The notes under the pieces: generated by a model | What the model was told of the DNA's origin: nothing | The model's database searches: none | The model's input: the letters and a program-made list of their open reading frames with translations, nothing else | Position numbers and translations under genes: made by a program | Part shown: positions 39,856 through 52,243 of the stretch, in pieces | Position numbering within the stretch: the stretch's first letter is position 1 | Layout: the number at the start of each line of letters is the position of its first letter | Assembly: GCA_963665845.2 (NCBI GenBank) | Contig: OY762492.1 | Location: 1,152,001 to 1,216,000, forward strand | Length of the DNA stretch: 64,000 bases | From: Candidatus Poribacteria bacterium | GTDB lineage: Bacteria > Poribacteria > WGA-4E > GCA-2687025 | Direction of reading: 5' to 3'

Positions 39856-40800
39856 GTGAATATCCTCGTCCGCGGCGCATTCTACCGCCAATTTGAACAG
39901 CGGCTCAAAGAGGCGGCGCCGAACGCCCGCTTCATCCTCTTTGAAGACCGCGCGGAGATGCTGGAGCGCCTCCCAAAAGCGGACGCGCTCTACGGCGGCT
40001 CCCCGCGCGAGGACATGCTGGACCGCTGCGCCAAACTGCGCTGGATCCACATGCGCAGCGCCGGCGTCGACCGCTACTTTCCCCAACAGCTCGCCCAACG
40101 CGGCATCGCCCTCACGAACGGAAGCGGCGCCTACGACATCCCCATCGCCGAGCATGTGTTTGCGATGGCGCTGTCCCTCACCCGACAGATCAACCTGCAT
40201 ATACGCAACCAGCTTGAAAAGCGGTGGGAGCGCGGCGATAGACCCGCCGACCTGTACGGCAAAAACCTCGGCGTCTACGGCATGGGTTCCATCGGAACGC
40301 GCGTCGCGCAGATTGGAGCCGCCTTTGGAATGAAAGCGTACGGCGTCGCCCGCCGCGGACGTTCAAAGCCTGACTTTGCCGAAGCGTTATGGACGCCTGA
40401 TCGTTTAGACGACCTGCTGCGCCTGTCCGATCTGTTCGTCGTCTGCCTTCCGCTGACGAACGCGACGCGCAATTGCGTCGGCGCGCGCGAGTTTGGGTTG
40501 ATGAAGCAGACGGCGCTGTTCTTCAATATCGGGCGCGGCGCGACGGTGAACGCCGCCGCCTTGACGCGCGCCTTGACCGAAGGGCAGATTGCAGGCGCAG
40601 GGCTGGATGTAACAAACCCAGAGCCGCTGCCCGTAGAAAGCCCGTTGTGGGACATGCCGAATGTGATCTTGACGCCGCATGTCTCCGGGTCGTCCGCCGT
40701 CTCGGCGGAACGGGGGGAGGAGATCGCCATCGAGAATATACGCCGCTTCGCCGCCGGCGAACCGCTTTTGAATCTTGTCGACCCGCAGCATGGCTATTAA
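39856..40800 (+). CDS. D-2-hydroxyacid dehydrogenase family protein
   Basis: GMGSIG, NIGRG, AGLDV and LTPHVSG motifs. Confidence 0.92.
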   Translation: MNILVRGAFYRQFEQRLKEAAPNARFILFEDRAEMLERLPKADALYGGSPREDMLDRCAKLRWIHMRSAGVDRYFPQQLAQRGIALTNGSGAYDIPIAEHVFAMALSLTRQINLHIRNQLEKRWERGDRPADLYGKNLGVYGMGSIGTRVAQIGAAFGMKAYGVARRGRSKPDFAEALWTPDRLDDLLRLSDLFVVCLPLTNATRNCVGAREFGLMKQTALFFNIGRGATVNAAALTRALTEGQIAGAGLDVTNPEPLPVESPLWDMPNVILTPHVSGSSAVSAERGEEIAIENIRRFAAGEPLLNLVDPQHGY

Positions 40801-40816
40801 ACAGGAAAGGACGCCT

Positions 40817-41527
40817 ATGGAACCGCGCATCGTGCGGCTTGAACAGCTGACCCGAAAAGAGGCGTGGGAACGCATCCAGTCGGGAGATGTGAAACTCGCC
40901 GTTATACCGACCGGGAGCATTGAGCAGCATCTGACGCATTTGGCGATGATCCATGATATTCAGTCGGCGGCGATGGTCGCTGAAGATGTTGCCCGGCGGG
41001 TTTATCCGTCGGCTCTTGTCGCTGTTCCGATCAACGCCGGCATTTCGGAGCATCATATGGAGTTTCGGTTCGGCTCCATCACGATGAAGCCCGCCGCCTT
41101 TCAAGCGGCGCTCTGGGACGCCTGCGACAGCTTCATCCGCCATGGCATCGAAAACATCCTTATTCTGAACGGACACGGCGGCAACGTCGACCCGATGGAA
41201 GGCTCCGTCAACCAGTTTCGGCGTTATTTTCAAAAAAACATCCATTTCCGCTCCTACTGGGACTTTGTGCCGAAAGAGGCGGCAAACCGCTGGCTCGACA
41301 CAAAGAGCGTCCCGGGACACGCGCAGGAATACGAGACCTCCATGGCGCTCTATATGTTTCCTGAAAACGCGCGCATGGATGAGATCGCCAACTCGGACGA
41401 CGCAGGCGTCCGCGCGGCGACAGCGGAAAAAGGCGAGGCGCTGTATCGCGCCATGATCGAACCGCTGACCGAGTTTGTGAAAGCGATCATCGACGGGCGG
41501 GAGCAGGCAGAACTGACGGGGCTTTGA
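40817..41527 (+). CDS. Creatininase family amidohydrolase
   Basis: GSIEQH..HL, SEHH, NGHGGN and HAQEYETS motifs. Confidence 0.9.
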   Translation: MEPRIVRLEQLTRKEAWERIQSGDVKLAVIPTGSIEQHLTHLAMIHDIQSAAMVAEDVARRVYPSALVAVPINAGISEHHMEFRFGSITMKPAAFQAALWDACDSFIRHGIENILILNGHGGNVDPMEGSVNQFRRYFQKNIHFRSYWDFVPKEAANRWLDTKSVPGHAQEYETSMALYMFPENARMDEIANSDDAGVRAATAEKGEALYRAMIEPLTEFVKAIIDGREQAELTGL

Positions 41528-41528
41528 G

Positions 41529-42281
41529 ATGTTGACAAATAAGCAGGCGGAGCGTTACAGGCGCGAGGGTTATCTGTCCGGCTTGAGGATTGCGCCGCCG
41601 GCGGACGCCGCGCGGTATCAGGCGGAATTTGACCGCATTGAAAAAGCGGAGGGGCGCGAAAAATGCCAGATCGGGATTTTGGACAGGCATTTTGAGGAGC
41701 CGTTTATATGGGAGCTGGCGTCTCATCCGCGCGTTTTGGACTGCGTCGAAGCGCTGATTGGGCGGGATATTCTGCTCATGGCGACGCACGCCTTTTGCAA
41801 GTACGGCGATCCGAACGCCAGCAACTTTGTCGCGTGGCATCAGGACGTTACATACTGGGGCTTAGAGCCGCCCAGCGCTATCACCGCCTGGTACGCCATT
41901 GACGACAGCGGGGTTGAAAACGGGTGCATGCGCGCCGTGCCGAGGTCGCATCTGAACGGCGTTCTGGAGCATGGCGTCTCCAAAGAGAAAGGCAACCTGC
42001 TCAGCGTCAATCAGGAGGTTGCCGTCTCAAAAGAGGAGGAGAGTGGAGCCGTCGATTTTGTGTTAAAAGCGGGCGAAATCTCGCTCCATGACGGGCGGCT
42101 CGTCCACGGCAGCCGACCGAACCGCTCCAACCGCCGGCGGTGCGGCATGACGCTGCGCTACATCTCCCCCGACGTCCGCCAGACGATTCGCAACTCGCAT
42201 GGGCGCGGCTGGAAGGTCGTACTCGTCCGCGGCGACGACCGATACGGCCATTGGGACCTCCAAAACGCCCCTTTTTCGTAG
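41529..42281 (+). CDS. Phytanoyl-CoA dioxygenase (PhyH) family protein
   Basis: WHQD, ENGCM and HGSRPNRS..RR motifs. Confidence 0.92.
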   Translation: MLTNKQAERYRREGYLSGLRIAPPADAARYQAEFDRIEKAEGREKCQIGILDRHFEEPFIWELASHPRVLDCVEALIGRDILLMATHAFCKYGDPNASNFVAWHQDVTYWGLEPPSAITAWYAIDDSGVENGCMRAVPRSHLNGVLEHGVSKEKGNLLSVNQEVAVSKEEESGAVDFVLKAGEISLHDGRLVHGSRPNRSNRRRCGMTLRYISPDVRQTIRNSHGRGWKVVLVRGDDRYGHWDLQNAPFS

Positions 42282-42287
42282 ACGGCG

Positions 42288-43043
42288 ATGCGGCTGACAG
42301 CTCAAGAACGCCGAACTCTCGCGGCAACGCTCGGCGACAAGCCGACGACGGTCATTCCCGTTGCCCGGCTGATGCAGGGCAGATGCGCCGCCTACGCCGC
42401 CGGCCGGTTGACGAAGCCGCTTGCCGCGCTGGTCGTGAGCGAATACGCGCCTGAAGAGCCGTTCGCTTACGGAACCGACGCCGGCGCCGTATGGAGCCTC
42501 TTGAAGGCGGTGGACGGATGGGCATGCGTGGACGCGCCGTCTCAACTGGCGGAGCCTATCGGTCGGCTGATAGAGGCGGAGACGGGCGCGCCCGTTCAAT
42601 ATTACGCCGATCTGTACCATGCGCTGCTGAAACCTGTTGAGCGGCATGTTAACGAACACGCGCGCTGTTTGACGCTGTCGGACGCGCCGCTCATCCTGAA
42701 CGCGCCCGCTGAAATACAAGGCGCCGGCTATGAATCGCCCGAAGCGATGCTGACAGACGGCGTCGCCGCTGGAGCCGTTGTGGAGGGGCGGCTGGTTGCC
42801 ATCGCGCACACCTACGCTGAAACGGAACGGCATGCGGACATCGGCGTGTCCACTCTGGAGCCGTGGCGGGGGAGAGGTTTTGCGACCGCGGCGGCGTCGC
42901 TTGCCGCGCAGGAGATACAGGCAAGAGGCAAGACGCCTGTCTGGAGCTGCGGAGCCGACAACGCCGCTTCGTTGAGGGTCGCGCAAAAACTGGGCTTTGA
43001 AAAGGTTGATGAACGAACCTATGCGATCCCGACGCGCCGTTGA
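42288..43043 (+). CDS. GNAT acetyltransferase
   Basis: TLEPWRGRGFA and NAASLRVAQKLGF motifs. Confidence 0.88.
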   Translation: MRLTAQERRTLAATLGDKPTTVIPVARLMQGRCAAYAAGRLTKPLAALVVSEYAPEEPFAYGTDAGAVWSLLKAVDGWACVDAPSQLAEPIGRLIEAETGAPVQYYADLYHALLKPVERHVNEHARCLTLSDAPLILNAPAEIQGAGYESPEAMLTDGVAAGAVVEGRLVAIAHTYAETERHADIGVSTLEPWRGRGFATAAASLAAQEIQARGKTPVWSCGADNAASLRVAQKLGFEKVDERTYAIPTRR

Positions 43044-43121
43044 CATGAAGCCTCATCAACCGACGACTCATTATATAAGGGTTTGGCGCGGGAACGGCAA
43101 ACCCGCCCCCGCGCGCCCTCC

Positions 43122-43198
43122 TGTCATTCCCGCGTAAGCGGGAATCTAGAGACTGACCCGAACCGATCAAATCTCCAACCCCTTTCAAGTGGGGGATC
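43122..43198. repeat. ATTCCC-N8-GGGAAT palindrome plus a CCCCTTTCAAGTGGGG unit between convergent genes
   Basis: Direct inspection. Confidence 0.7.
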
Positions 43199-43207
43199 CG
43201 CTATGTC

Positions 43208-46200
43208 CTATTTCAACACAATCATGCGCCGAAGCCCCGTGAACGAACCCGCCTCAATGCGGACATAATAAATGCCGCTGGCGACAGGTTCGCCCAGGCT
43301 GTTCCGTCCGTCCCAATGGGCGGCTTTGGCGCGGCTGCGGTAGGCGCCCGCCGGCAACTGCCCAAGCTCCAACACGCGCACGGTTTGACCTGACGAGTTG
43401 TAGATCGTCACCCTCACGCGGCTTGAATCTGTCAACTCAAACGGGATCCAGGTTTCTGGGTTGAACGGGTTTGGGTAGTTCGGAAGCAGCGCCGGCTCGC
43501 TCGGTATGGCGGTCGCCAGCAGTTTGCCGATGTCCATGCGCCCCGAGGCGACAGACTCCTTGTCCAGAACGACGCGAACCGTTTGAACGCCGCCGAATGT
43601 CCCGCTCGAATCGAACACACGCAGATCAAAAGCGTCGCCGATGGCGTAGCTGTCCCCTGTCAACGCCAGAAGCGGCAGCGAGAAACGGCCAGAAATGGAG
43701 CCGCTGCCCGCCAGGTCAGACGCTGTCTGTCCAGTCTGCAGGTTCGCAATGGAAATCTCTAACCCGTTCAGCGGCGCGAGATTGTCCTCCCGCGCGACGG
43801 AACCCTCCACCACAAGAAGCGGCGTTGAGGACGGGTCGTACGCGACCGCCTCCGCGGACGCAGCGGCAGTCGCCGCGTCGTTTGACCATGCGGAGCCGTC
43901 GAAGGTCAAGACGGTTTCCGCTGCCGCCACGATAAAATAACCGTCGCCGCCCTTCGCCGCGTCGGTCGAGTCGGTGGAGAGCTGAAAAAGGGGGCTGCCG
44001 GCATCGTCATGCTTCAAGGCAATCACGGTCAGCGGAACGGTTGAAAGATCCGCCAAATCCCCGATGGTCTCAACGGCGCCGGCGCGCGTGACGCCGATCA
44101 TATTGATGCCGGCGCGCAGCGGAACTTCAGGCTTCAAAAGGCCGCCCATGAACGTGACCGACTTGGAATTCTTCATACTCACAAGCGCGCCCGCATGATC
44201 CAACAACGCCATTTCGCCAGCGGGGCCTGGAATGCCGGTGTAAGCGGCAAATTGTCCGTCTAGTTTCTGCGTCAGAATGTAGAGAACATCGCCGCTCCCG
44301 CCCAGCTTGTTGTACAGGTCGCCAACATTCTTTAAGCCGTCCACCTTCACAGGAACATGGATCAGATTCAACCCCTTTTTGAGCTGAAGCGTAAAGGAAG
44401 TCGTAGGCGCAAGTTCAACGAAGTAAATTTTTGTGACGCTTTCATTTCCATCAGCGGCGTTGTCCGGAATGATGACAATGACAATGCCTGAGCTGGACGG
44501 CGCAATTGTCGCTGTGTAGGAAGCGCCGGAGCCTGCGAACTCGGTTACGGTCCCGTTGACCACATCAATATCCGACTCTTCGAAGCCCGCGACCGCCTGA
44601 CTGAATTCGATCTCCAATTCAAATGGACCTGTTTGCGCCCCGCTCGGACCGGAGACGGTCACAGTTGGGCGGGCTGCAGGAACTTCAATGTCGCTGATGT
44701 CCCAGATCCGAATCGTGTTGTCGTCGCTGCCGCTGGCAAGCGACTGACCATCCGGTGAATACGCCACGGAACTGACACTACCCGTATGCCCTTGGAGGGT
44801 TCGTATCAGCGCTCCCGTGTTGGCGTTCCAGATGCGTATCTCGTTAAAGCTGCCGCCGGCGATGGTCTGACCATCCGGTGAATACGCCACGGAAGCGATC
44901 AAATGCCCATGTCCTTGGAGGGTTCGTATCAGCGCTCCCGTGTTGGCGTTCCAGATGCGGATCGTGTCGCTGCCGCTGGCGATGGTCTGACCATCCGGTG
45001 AATACGCCACAGAAAAGACCGAAATCGTATGTCGGATGGTTCTGATATGCGCTCCCGTGTTGGCGTTCCAGATCCGAACCGTGTTGTCTCTGCTGCCGCT
45101 GGCGATCGTCTGGCCATCCGGTGAATATGCCACAGAAAAGACATCACCAATACGCTCTGAAAGCCTTCGTATCTGCGCTCCCGTGTTGGCGTTCCAGATA
45201 CGTATCGTGTCGTCATAGTCGCCGCTGGCGATCGTCTGACCATCCGGTGAATACGCCACAGAAAAGACCCAACTCGTATGTCCCTGGAGGGTTCGTATCT
45301 GCGCTCCTGTGTTGGCGTTCCAGATCCGAACCGTGGAGTCGTAGCTGCCGCTGGCGAGCGACTGACCGCCCGGAGAATACGCCACAGAACTGACCCAATA
45401 CGTATGTCCCTGGAGGGTTCGTATCTGCGCTCCTGTGTTGGCGTTCCAGATCCGAATCGTGTTGTCAAGGCTGCCGCTGGCGAGCGACTGACCATCCGGT
45501 GAATACGCCACAGACAAGACTGCAGCCGTATGTCCTGTAAGGACCCGCGGCCCTCCGGTATCAGCGTTGACAGAGTAGGAGTTGGAAGCGGTGTTGTTCC
45601 CCGCGGCGTTGGCGGGGACGCTCACTGTAACGGTTCCGGAGCTGGACGGCTGAATCGTCGCCGTGTAGCTTGCGCCGCTGACGGCAAGGTCGATCACCGA
45701 GCCGTTCGTCACAACGATGTCGGACGACGTGAAACCTGTGACGGCGGAGCTGAACGCGATCGTCACATTGAACGCGCCTGTTTGCGTCCCGCTCGGACCG
45801 GAGACGGTCACAGTTGGGCGGGCTGCAGGAACTTCAATGTCGCTGATGTCCCAGAGGCGTATCGTCCTGTGGCCGTCCCCGCTGGCGAGCGACTGACCAT
45901 CCGGCGCATACGCTACGGAATTGACATCTCCCGCATGACCTGTAAGCGTTCGTATGTGCGCGCCAGTGTTGGCGTTCCAGATGCGTATCTTGGCGTCGTA
46001 GCCGCCGCTGGCGATCGTCTGACCATCCGGTGAATACGCCACAGACCTGACCCCATCCGTATGCCCTGTAAGCGTTCGTATCTGCGCTCCCGTGTTGGTG
46101 TTCCAGATGCGTATGCCTCTCCAGTTGCCGCTGGCGATCGTTTGACCATCCGGTGAATACGCCACAGAATAGACAGCAATCGTATCTCCTGTCAGCGTTC

Positions 46201-49200
46201 GTATCAGCGCTCCCGTGTTGGCGTTCCAGATGCGTATCGCGCCGTCATAGCTGCCGCTGGCGATCGTTTGACCATCCGGTGAATAAGCCACGGAACTGAC
46301 ACCATTCGTATGCCCTGTCAGCGTTCGTATCAGCGCTCCCGTGCTGGCGTTCCAGATGCGCATCGTGTTGTCGCGGCTGCCGCTGGCGATGGTCTGACCA
46401 TCCGGTGAATACGCCACGGAAAGGACCCGATCTGTATGTCCCTGGATGGTTCGTATCTGCGCGCCTGTGCTGGCGTTCCAGATGCGTATCCTGCCTCCCC
46501 AGCTGCCGCTGGCGATCGTCTGGCCGTCCGGTGAATACGCCACGGACGAGACACCAGACGTATGCCCTGTCAGCTCTCGTATCTGCGCTCCCGTGTTGGG
46601 GTTCCATATGCGTATCGAGCTGCTGGAGCTGGCGAGCGACTGACCATCCGGTGAATACGTCACGGAAAAGACACCGCCGTTATGGGCTGTCCAGACTCGC
46701 GGCCCTCCGGTTTCAGCGTTGACAGAGTAGGCGCTGGAGGCGGTGTTGTTCCCCGCGGCGTTGGCGGGAACTCTCACTGTAACGGCTCCGGAGCTGGACG
46801 GCTGAATCGTCGCCGTGTAGGATGCGCCGCTGCCGGTCAAGCTTGTCACGGAGCCGTTCGTCACAACGATGTCGGACGACGTGAAACCTGTGACGGCGGA
46901 GCTGAACGCGATCGTCACATTGAACGCGCCTGTTTGCGTACCGCTCGGACCAGACACGGTTGCCGTTGGGCGGGCTGCAGGAACTTCAATGTCGCTGATG
47001 TCCCAGATCCGAACCGTGTTGTCGTCGCTGCCGCTGGCGAGCGACCGACCGTCCGGTGAATACGCCACGGTACGCGCCACAGCCGTATGCCCTGTAAGCG
47101 TTCGTATCAGCGCGCCAGTATTGGCGTTCCAGATCTGTACTATACCTCCCCCACTGTTGCTGCCCCCGCCGCCGGCGATCGTCTGACCGTCCGGAGAATA
47201 CGTCACAGAAAAGACAGCTCTATGCTGTTGAGTTTGGAGATGCGCTCCCGTGTTGGCGTTCCAGATGCGGATCGGCGGGTTGCCGCCGCTGCCGCTGACG
47301 ATCGTCTGACCATCCGGCGCATACGCCACGGACAAGACATTGCCCGTATGTCCTGAAAGCGTTCGTATCTGCGCGCCAGTGTTGGCGTTCCAGATGCGGA
47401 TCGCGGCGTCGTAGTCGCTGCTGGCGATCGTCTGACCATCCGGCGCATACGCCACGGAACTGACCCAATCCGTATGTCCCTGAAGGGTTCGTATCAGCGC
47501 TCCTGTGTTGGCGTTCCAGATGCGTATCGTGTTGTCCCAGCTGCCGCTGGCGATGGTCTGACCATCCGGAGAATACGCCACGGAACTGATGTGACTTGTA
47601 TGCCCTTGGAGAGTTCGTATCAGCGCTCCTGTGTTGGCGTTCCAGATGCGTATCGTCTTGTCAACGCTGCCGCTGGCGATCGTCTGACCATTCGGAGAAT
47701 ACGCCACTGACATGACATAATGTGTATGCCCTGTCAGAGTTCGTATCAGCGCTCCCGTGTTGGCGTTCCAGATGCGTATCGTGCGGTCGCTGCTGGCGCT
47801 GGCGATCGTCTGACCGTTCGGTGAATACGCCACAGACACGACTCCATCCGTATGCCCTGTCAGGACCCGCGGTCCTCCGGTATCAGCGTTGGCAGAGTAG
47901 GTATTGGAAGCGGTGTTGTTCCCCGCGGCGTTGGCGGGGACGCTCACCGTAACAGTTCCGGAGCTGGACGGTTGAATCGTCGCCGTGTAGCTTGCCCCGC
48001 TGCCGGTAAAGCTTGTCACGGAGCCGTTCGTCACAACGATGTCGGACGATGTGAAATCCGTGACGGCGGAGCTGAATGAGATCGTCACATTGAACGCGCC
48101 TGTTTGCGTCCCGCTCGGACCGGAGACGGTCACAGTTGGGCGGGTTGCAGGAACTTCAATGTCGCTGATGTCCCAGATGCGTATCGTTCTGTCGCGACTG
48201 CAGCTGGCGAGCGACTGACCATTCGGCGCATACGCCACAGAAAGGACCCAATCCGTATGTCCCTGGAGGGTTCTGATATGCGCTCCTGTGTTGGCGTTCC
48301 AGATGCGTATCGTATCGTCAATGCTGCCGCTGGCGATCGTCTGACCATCCGGCGCATACGCCACAGAATTGACCCAATCAGTATGTCCCTGGAGGGTTCG
48401 TATCAGCGCTCCTGTGTTGGCGTTCCAGATGCGTATCGTATCGTCGTCGCTGCCGCTGGCGATCGTCTGACCATCCGGCGCATACGCCACGGAATAGATA
48501 AAACGCCCATGTCCTTGGAGGGTTCTGATATGCGCTCCTGTGTTGGCGTTCCAGATCCGGATCGTGTTGTCAAGGCTGCCGCTGGCGAGCGACTGACCAT
48601 CCGGCGCATACGCCGCGGACCTGACCACACCCGTATGCCCTGTAAGCGTTCGTATCAGCGCGCCAGTGTTGGCGTTCCAGATCCGAACCGTGTTGTCGTA
48701 TCTGCCGCTGGCGATCGTCTGACCATCCGGTGAATACGCCACAGAACTGACCCGAACTGTATGCCCCTGGAGGGTTTGTATATGCGCTCCCGTGTTGGCG
48801 TTCCAGATCCGGATCGTGTTGTCAAGGCTGCCGCTGGCGATCGACTGACCATCCGGCGCATACGCCACAGACAAGACATAATCCGTATGCCCTTGGAGGG
48901 TTCGTATATGCGCGCCAGTGTTGGCGTTCCAGATGCGTATCGTGTTGTCCCAGCCGCTGCTGGCGATCGTCTGACCGTTCGGTGAATACGCCACAGACAC
49001 GACTCCATCCGTATGCCCTGTCAGGACCCGCGGCCCTCCGGTTTCAGCGTTGACAGAGTAGGTATTGGAAGCGGTGTTGTTCCCCGCGGCGTTGGCGGGG
49101 ACGCTCACCGTAACGGCTCCGGAGCTGGATGGCTGAATGGTCGCCGTGTAGCTGGCGCCGCTGCCGGTCAAGCTTGTCACGGAGCCGTTTGTCACAGTGA

Positions 49201-50314
49201 TGTCGGACGACGTGAAACCTGTGACGGCGGAGCTGAACGCGATCGTCACATTGAACGCGCTTGTTTGCGTCCCGCTCGGACCGGACACGGTTGCCGTTGG
49301 GGTGATGTCCCAGAGGCGTATCGTGTTGTCGCCGCCGCCGCTGGCGATCGTCTCACCATCCGGTGAATACGCCACGGAACTGATGTGACTTGTATGTCCT
49401 TGGAGGGTTCTAATATGCGCTCCTGTGCTGGCGTTCCATATCCGAATCGTGTTTTCACTGCCGCCGCTGGCGATCGTTTCACCATCCGGCGCATACGCCA
49501 CGGAATTGACGGTAAAAATCGTAGGTCCTTGGAGGGTTCGTATCAGCGCGCCTGTGTTGGCGTTCCAGAGCCGAACCGTGGAGTCCCAGCTGCCGCTGGC
49601 GAGCGTCTGACCATCCGGAGAATATGCCACGGACCAGACATCATCCCCATGCCCTGTCAGCGTTCGTATCAGCGCTCCCGTGCTGGCGTTCCAGAGCCGA
49701 ACCGTGGTGTCGTAGCCCCCGCTGGCGATTGCCTGACCATCCGGAGAATACGTCAAGGATTGGACCCGATCTGTATGTCCTGTCAGCGTTCTGATATGCG
49801 CTCCTGTGCTGGCGTTCCAGAGCCGAATCTTGGAGTCGAAGCCGCCGCTGGCGAGCGTCTGACCATCCGGTGAATACGCTAAGGACAAGACTCCGTTCGT
49901 ATGTCCTGTCAGCGTTCTGATATGCGCTCCCGTGCTGGCGTTCCAGATACGAATCGTGGATTCGTTGTCGTTGTCGCTGCCGCTGGCGATGGTCTGACCA
50001 TCCGGCGAGTACGCTACGGGTCTGACCGTACTCGTATGCCCTGTCAGCGTTCTGATATGCGCTGCTGTGTTGGCGTTCCAGATGCGAACCGTGTTGTCGT
50101 AGCTGCCGCTGGCGATGGTCTGACCATCCGGCGAATACGCCACGGACACTACAACACCTGTATGCCCTGTCAGGACCTGTTGCGCGCTGCTGTTTTCAGC
50201 AACGAGGCAGACGCTCAGAAGCGCAGCCGCTAGGACAGCGGACCAAGCGGGGGTTACGTCACGTGTGAATTTCATGTGCGCGACACTCTTGATGTTGAAT
50301 CTGTGGAACCTCAT
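43208..50314 (-). CDS. Giant probably secreted protein: 5 x (7-blade WD40 propeller + Ig-like domain) plus a C-terminal FlgD-Ig/sorting-like domain
   Basis: 35 repeats of [30 protein letters not shown] and five VSGPSG.QT..F Ig-like modules. Signal-peptide-like N-terminus and C-terminal [27 protein letters not shown]. The start may be 50275. Confidence 0.92.
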   Translation of the reverse strand: MRFHRFNIKSVAHMKFTRDVTPAWSAVLAAALLSVCLVAENSSAQQVLTGHTGVVVSVAYSPDGQTIASGSYDNTVRIWNANTAAHIRTLTGHTSTVRPVAYSPDGQTIASGSDNDNESTIRIWNASTGAHIRTLTGHTNGVLSLAYSPDGQTLASGGFDSKIRLWNASTGAHIRTLTGHTDRVQSLTYSPDGQAIASGGYDTTVRLWNASTGALIRTLTGHGDDVWSVAYSPDGQTLASGSWDSTVRLWNANTGALIRTLQGPTIFTVNSVAYAPDGETIASGGSENTIRIWNASTGAHIRTLQGHTSHISSVAYSPDGETIASGGGDNTIRLWDITPTATVSGPSGTQTSAFNVTIAFSSAVTGFTSSDITVTNGSVTSLTGSGASYTATIQPSSSGAVTVSVPANAAGNNTASNTYSVNAETGGPRVLTGHTDGVVSVAYSPNGQTIASSGWDNTIRIWNANTGAHIRTLQGHTDYVLSVAYAPDGQSIASGSLDNTIRIWNANTGAHIQTLQGHTVRVSSVAYSPDGQTIASGRYDNTVRIWNANTGALIRTLTGHTGVVRSAAYAPDGQSLASGSLDNTIRIWNANTGAHIRTLQGHGRFIYSVAYAPDGQTIASGSDDDTIRIWNANTGALIRTLQGHTDWVNSVAYAPDGQTIASGSIDDTIRIWNANTGAHIRTLQGHTDWVLSVAYAPNGQSLASCSRDRTIRIWDISDIEVPATRPTVTVSGPSGTQTGAFNVTISFSSAVTDFTSSDIVVTNGSVTSFTGSGASYTATIQPSSSGTVTVSVPANAAGNNTASNTYSANADTGGPRVLTGHTDGVVSVAYSPNGQTIASASSDRTIRIWNANTGALIRTLTGHTHYVMSVAYSPNGQTIASGSVDKTIRIWNANTGALIRTLQGHTSHISSVAYSPDGQTIASGSWDNTIRIWNANTGALIRTLQGHTDWVSSVAYAPDGQTIASSDYDAAIRIWNANTGAQIRTLSGHTGNVLSVAYAPDGQTIVSGSGGNPPIRIWNANTGAHLQTQQHRAVFSVTYSPDGQTIAGGGGSNSGGGIVQIWNANTGALIRTLTGHTAVARTVAYSPDGRSLASGSDDNTVRIWDISDIEVPAARPTATVSGPSGTQTGAFNVTIAFSSAVTGFTSSDIVVTNGSVTSLTGSGASYTATIQPSSSGAVTVRVPANAAGNNTASSAYSVNAETGGPRVWTAHNGGVFSVTYSPDGQSLASSSSSIRIWNPNTGAQIRELTGHTSGVSSVAYSPDGQTIASGSWGGRIRIWNASTGAQIRTIQGHTDRVLSVAYSPDGQTIASGSRDNTMRIWNASTGALIRTLTGHTNGVSSVAYSPDGQTIASGSYDGAIRIWNANTGALIRTLTGDTIAVYSVAYSPDGQTIASGNWRGIRIWNTNTGAQIRTLTGHTDGVRSVAYSPDGQTIASGGYDAKIRIWNANTGAHIRTLTGHAGDVNSVAYAPDGQSLASGDGHRTIRLWDISDIEVPAARPTVTVSGPSGTQTGAFNVTIAFSSAVTGFTSSDIVVTNGSVIDLAVSGASYTATIQPSSSGTVTVSVPANAAGNNTASNSYSVNADTGGPRVLTGHTAAVLSVAYSPDGQSLASGSLDNTIRIWNANTGAQIRTLQGHTYWVSSVAYSPGGQSLASGSYDSTVRIWNANTGAQIRTLQGHTSWVFSVAYSPDGQTIASGDYDDTIRIWNANTGAQIRRLSERIGDVFSVAYSPDGQTIASGSRDNTVRIWNANTGAHIRTIRHTISVFSVAYSPDGQTIASGSDTIRIWNANTGALIRTLQGHGHLIASVAYSPDGQTIAGGSFNEIRIWNANTGALIRTLQGHTGSVSSVAYSPDGQSLASGSDDNTIRIWDISDIEVPAARPTVTVSGPSGAQTGPFELEIEFSQAVAGFEESDIDVVNGTVTEFAGSGASYTATIAPSSSGIVIVIIPDNAADGNESVTKIYFVELAPTTSFTLQLKKGLNLIHVPVKVDGLKNVGDLYNKLGGSGDVLYILTQKLDGQFAAYTGIPGPAGEMALLDHAGALVSMKNSKSVTFMGGLLKPEVPLRAGINMIGVTRAGAVETIGDLADLSTVPLTVIALKHDDAGSPLFQLSTDSTDAAKGGDGYFIVAAAETVLTFDGSAWSNDAATAAASAEAVAYDPSSTPLLVVEGSVAREDNLAPLNGLEISIANLQTGQTASDLAGSGSISGRFSLPLLALTGDSYAIGDAFDLRVFDSSGTFGGVQTVRVVLDKESVASGRMDIGKLLATAIPSEPALLPNYPNPFNPETWIPFELTDSSRVRVTIYNSSGQTVRVLELGQLPAGAYRSRAKAAHWDGRNSLGEPVASGIYYVRIEAGSFTGLRRMIVLK

Positions 50315-50498
50315 TTATGCGGCTCTCCTCTCGAGTTGCCTGTGCGCAAACCAGTGTAACGCCGGCATCAGCCGGAACGATTGCATTAGAGTATAACACA
50401 TGCGGGGGAGGGTATGCATCCAAAACGGCTGGGCAGTTTTAAAGGGAAAGGAAGAAAATGCGCGCCTCATACGCCCATCGAATGCGGCAGCCGAACGC

Positions 50499-52104
50499 GA
50501 TGAAAACGGAGAGTTATCTGTACGGCGTCGAAACACTGAACGGGCATGACGCATGGAAGCTCATGAAGGCATGCGCCGCCGGCGACGAGAACGCCGTTGA
50601 ACAGCTGCTTCAAAAAGACGCGCGCCTTGTGAACGCGCAGTACTGGTATCAGCATCCGATCCATTTTGCCGTTCGAGAGGGGCATGCCGATCTTGTCCAA
50701 ATGCTGCTGGACGCCGGCGCGGAGCCTGGGCGGTCGCGTTATATGTACCGCGCATGGCGGTATTTATTAGAAGAAGCGGCGCAGCGCGACTACGGCGCCG
50801 TACGCGAATTGCTTGAAGCAGAAATGAAGCGTCGATACGGGTACGACCGCGATTTTGAATCGCTCGCCGAGGCGATTCGAGAGCGCGACCGAACAACCGT
50901 TGAGCGCCTTGTGAACGAGAACCCGCGCCTCCTCCATGCCGCCGACGCGGACGGAAACAACGCGCTCCACTGGGCGGCGCATACGATACAGCTGGAACTG
51001 ATCGACCTGTTCATCGGGCTTGGCGTCGACATGAACGCGCGGCGCGCCGACGGACAAACCCCCGCCATGACCGCCATGAACGGCGACTACTGGCATCGGC
51101 GGTGGAAGTTATTGCCGAAAGGCGCGCTCAAAGATGAACGGCGCGCCGTTGAGCGTCTTCTTCAGCGCGGCGCCGAATATGAGCTGTCCGCCGCAATTCA
51201 TATGAAAGACGCGGCGCGCGTCCATGAGCTGTTGAAGGCGCGCCCTGCGCTTGCGCGTCAGATCGATTCCTCGCATAGAAGCCCGCTGTTTTATGCGGCG
51301 CGCGCCCAGCAAACCGACATCGCCGATACGTTATTAAAAGCGGGCGCCGATCCAAGCGCGCCTGAAACGTTGGCGCCGCGCGGGCGCGCCCTCCATGAAG
51401 CCGCCGCGCAAAGCCGAGTCAAATTGACGCGCCTGCTCCTTGAACACGGCGCCGACCCGAATAGCGATGTCGATTCGTCAGGAAACGCGCTCTTCATCTC
51501 CCAAAACAACAACCCCGACGGACCCGCCGGCGAACAGGTACGGCAACTTCTGATCCAGTACGGCGCTGCGAAGGCTCCATACGATATGTCTCTTGAGGAG
51601 CTGACAGCGGCGCTGCATTCCGACAATCCGCCGCTGCATGATGAGCAGTTTGTCAGCTCCGTCTATGAAACGGACGACGAGGAGGCGGTTCAAACGCTCA
51701 TTGAAAAATATCCTGAAGCGCTGGATATGCTGCCGATCGTCGGGGCGCGTTACCCCTCTTCAACAAACCTAGCGGCGCTCTTAGACGCCGGCGCCGACCC
51801 GAACGCCCCAGACTGGCTCGGCAAAACGGCGCTGCATTTCGCCGCGGAAAAGGGCGATCTCGAAGCCGTTCAACTGCTCATCGAGCGCGGCGCCGACATC
51901 AACGCCGTGGAGGCGGAATACCGCGCAACGCCGCTCGCCGAAGCGGCCGGCGGCGGACGGCTCGACATAGCGCGCTTGCTTTTAGAGAACGGCGCCGATC
52001 CGCATATCCCCAACGACGCCTGGGCAAGACCGATCGCATGGGCGAAGCGGAACGGGCATGCTGAAATGGAGGCGCTGCTGATGGAACGCGCCCCGCCCCG
52101 CTGA
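50499..52104 (+). CDS. Ankyrin repeat protein (start may be 50458)
   Basis: Repeated ALHWAA / ALHEAA / GKTALHFAA..G..LL..GAD motifs. Confidence 0.9.
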
Positions 52105-52168
52105 CCTCTTTTTCCCATGAATAAAGACTCGGTTCGTTCAGCTGTCCCGACTTTACGCATGAGGTCAG
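52101..52168. mobile_element. Internally deleted MITE family A (68 bp)
   Basis: CTGACCTC joined directly to the right half ending GAGGTCAG. Confidence 0.75.
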
Positions 52169-52243
52169 CCATATACCCTTTCAATTGCGCCTGCGGCGCG
52201 CTATCCTAATTAAGGCAACCGCGCTTTCAAGTGAGAGGATGAC

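Noticed and set aside
43208-50314. Diversity-generating retroelement acting on the WD40 or MTase repeats
   Set aside because: No reverse transcriptase or non-coding template repeat is in the window, and the differences are not confined to adenines.
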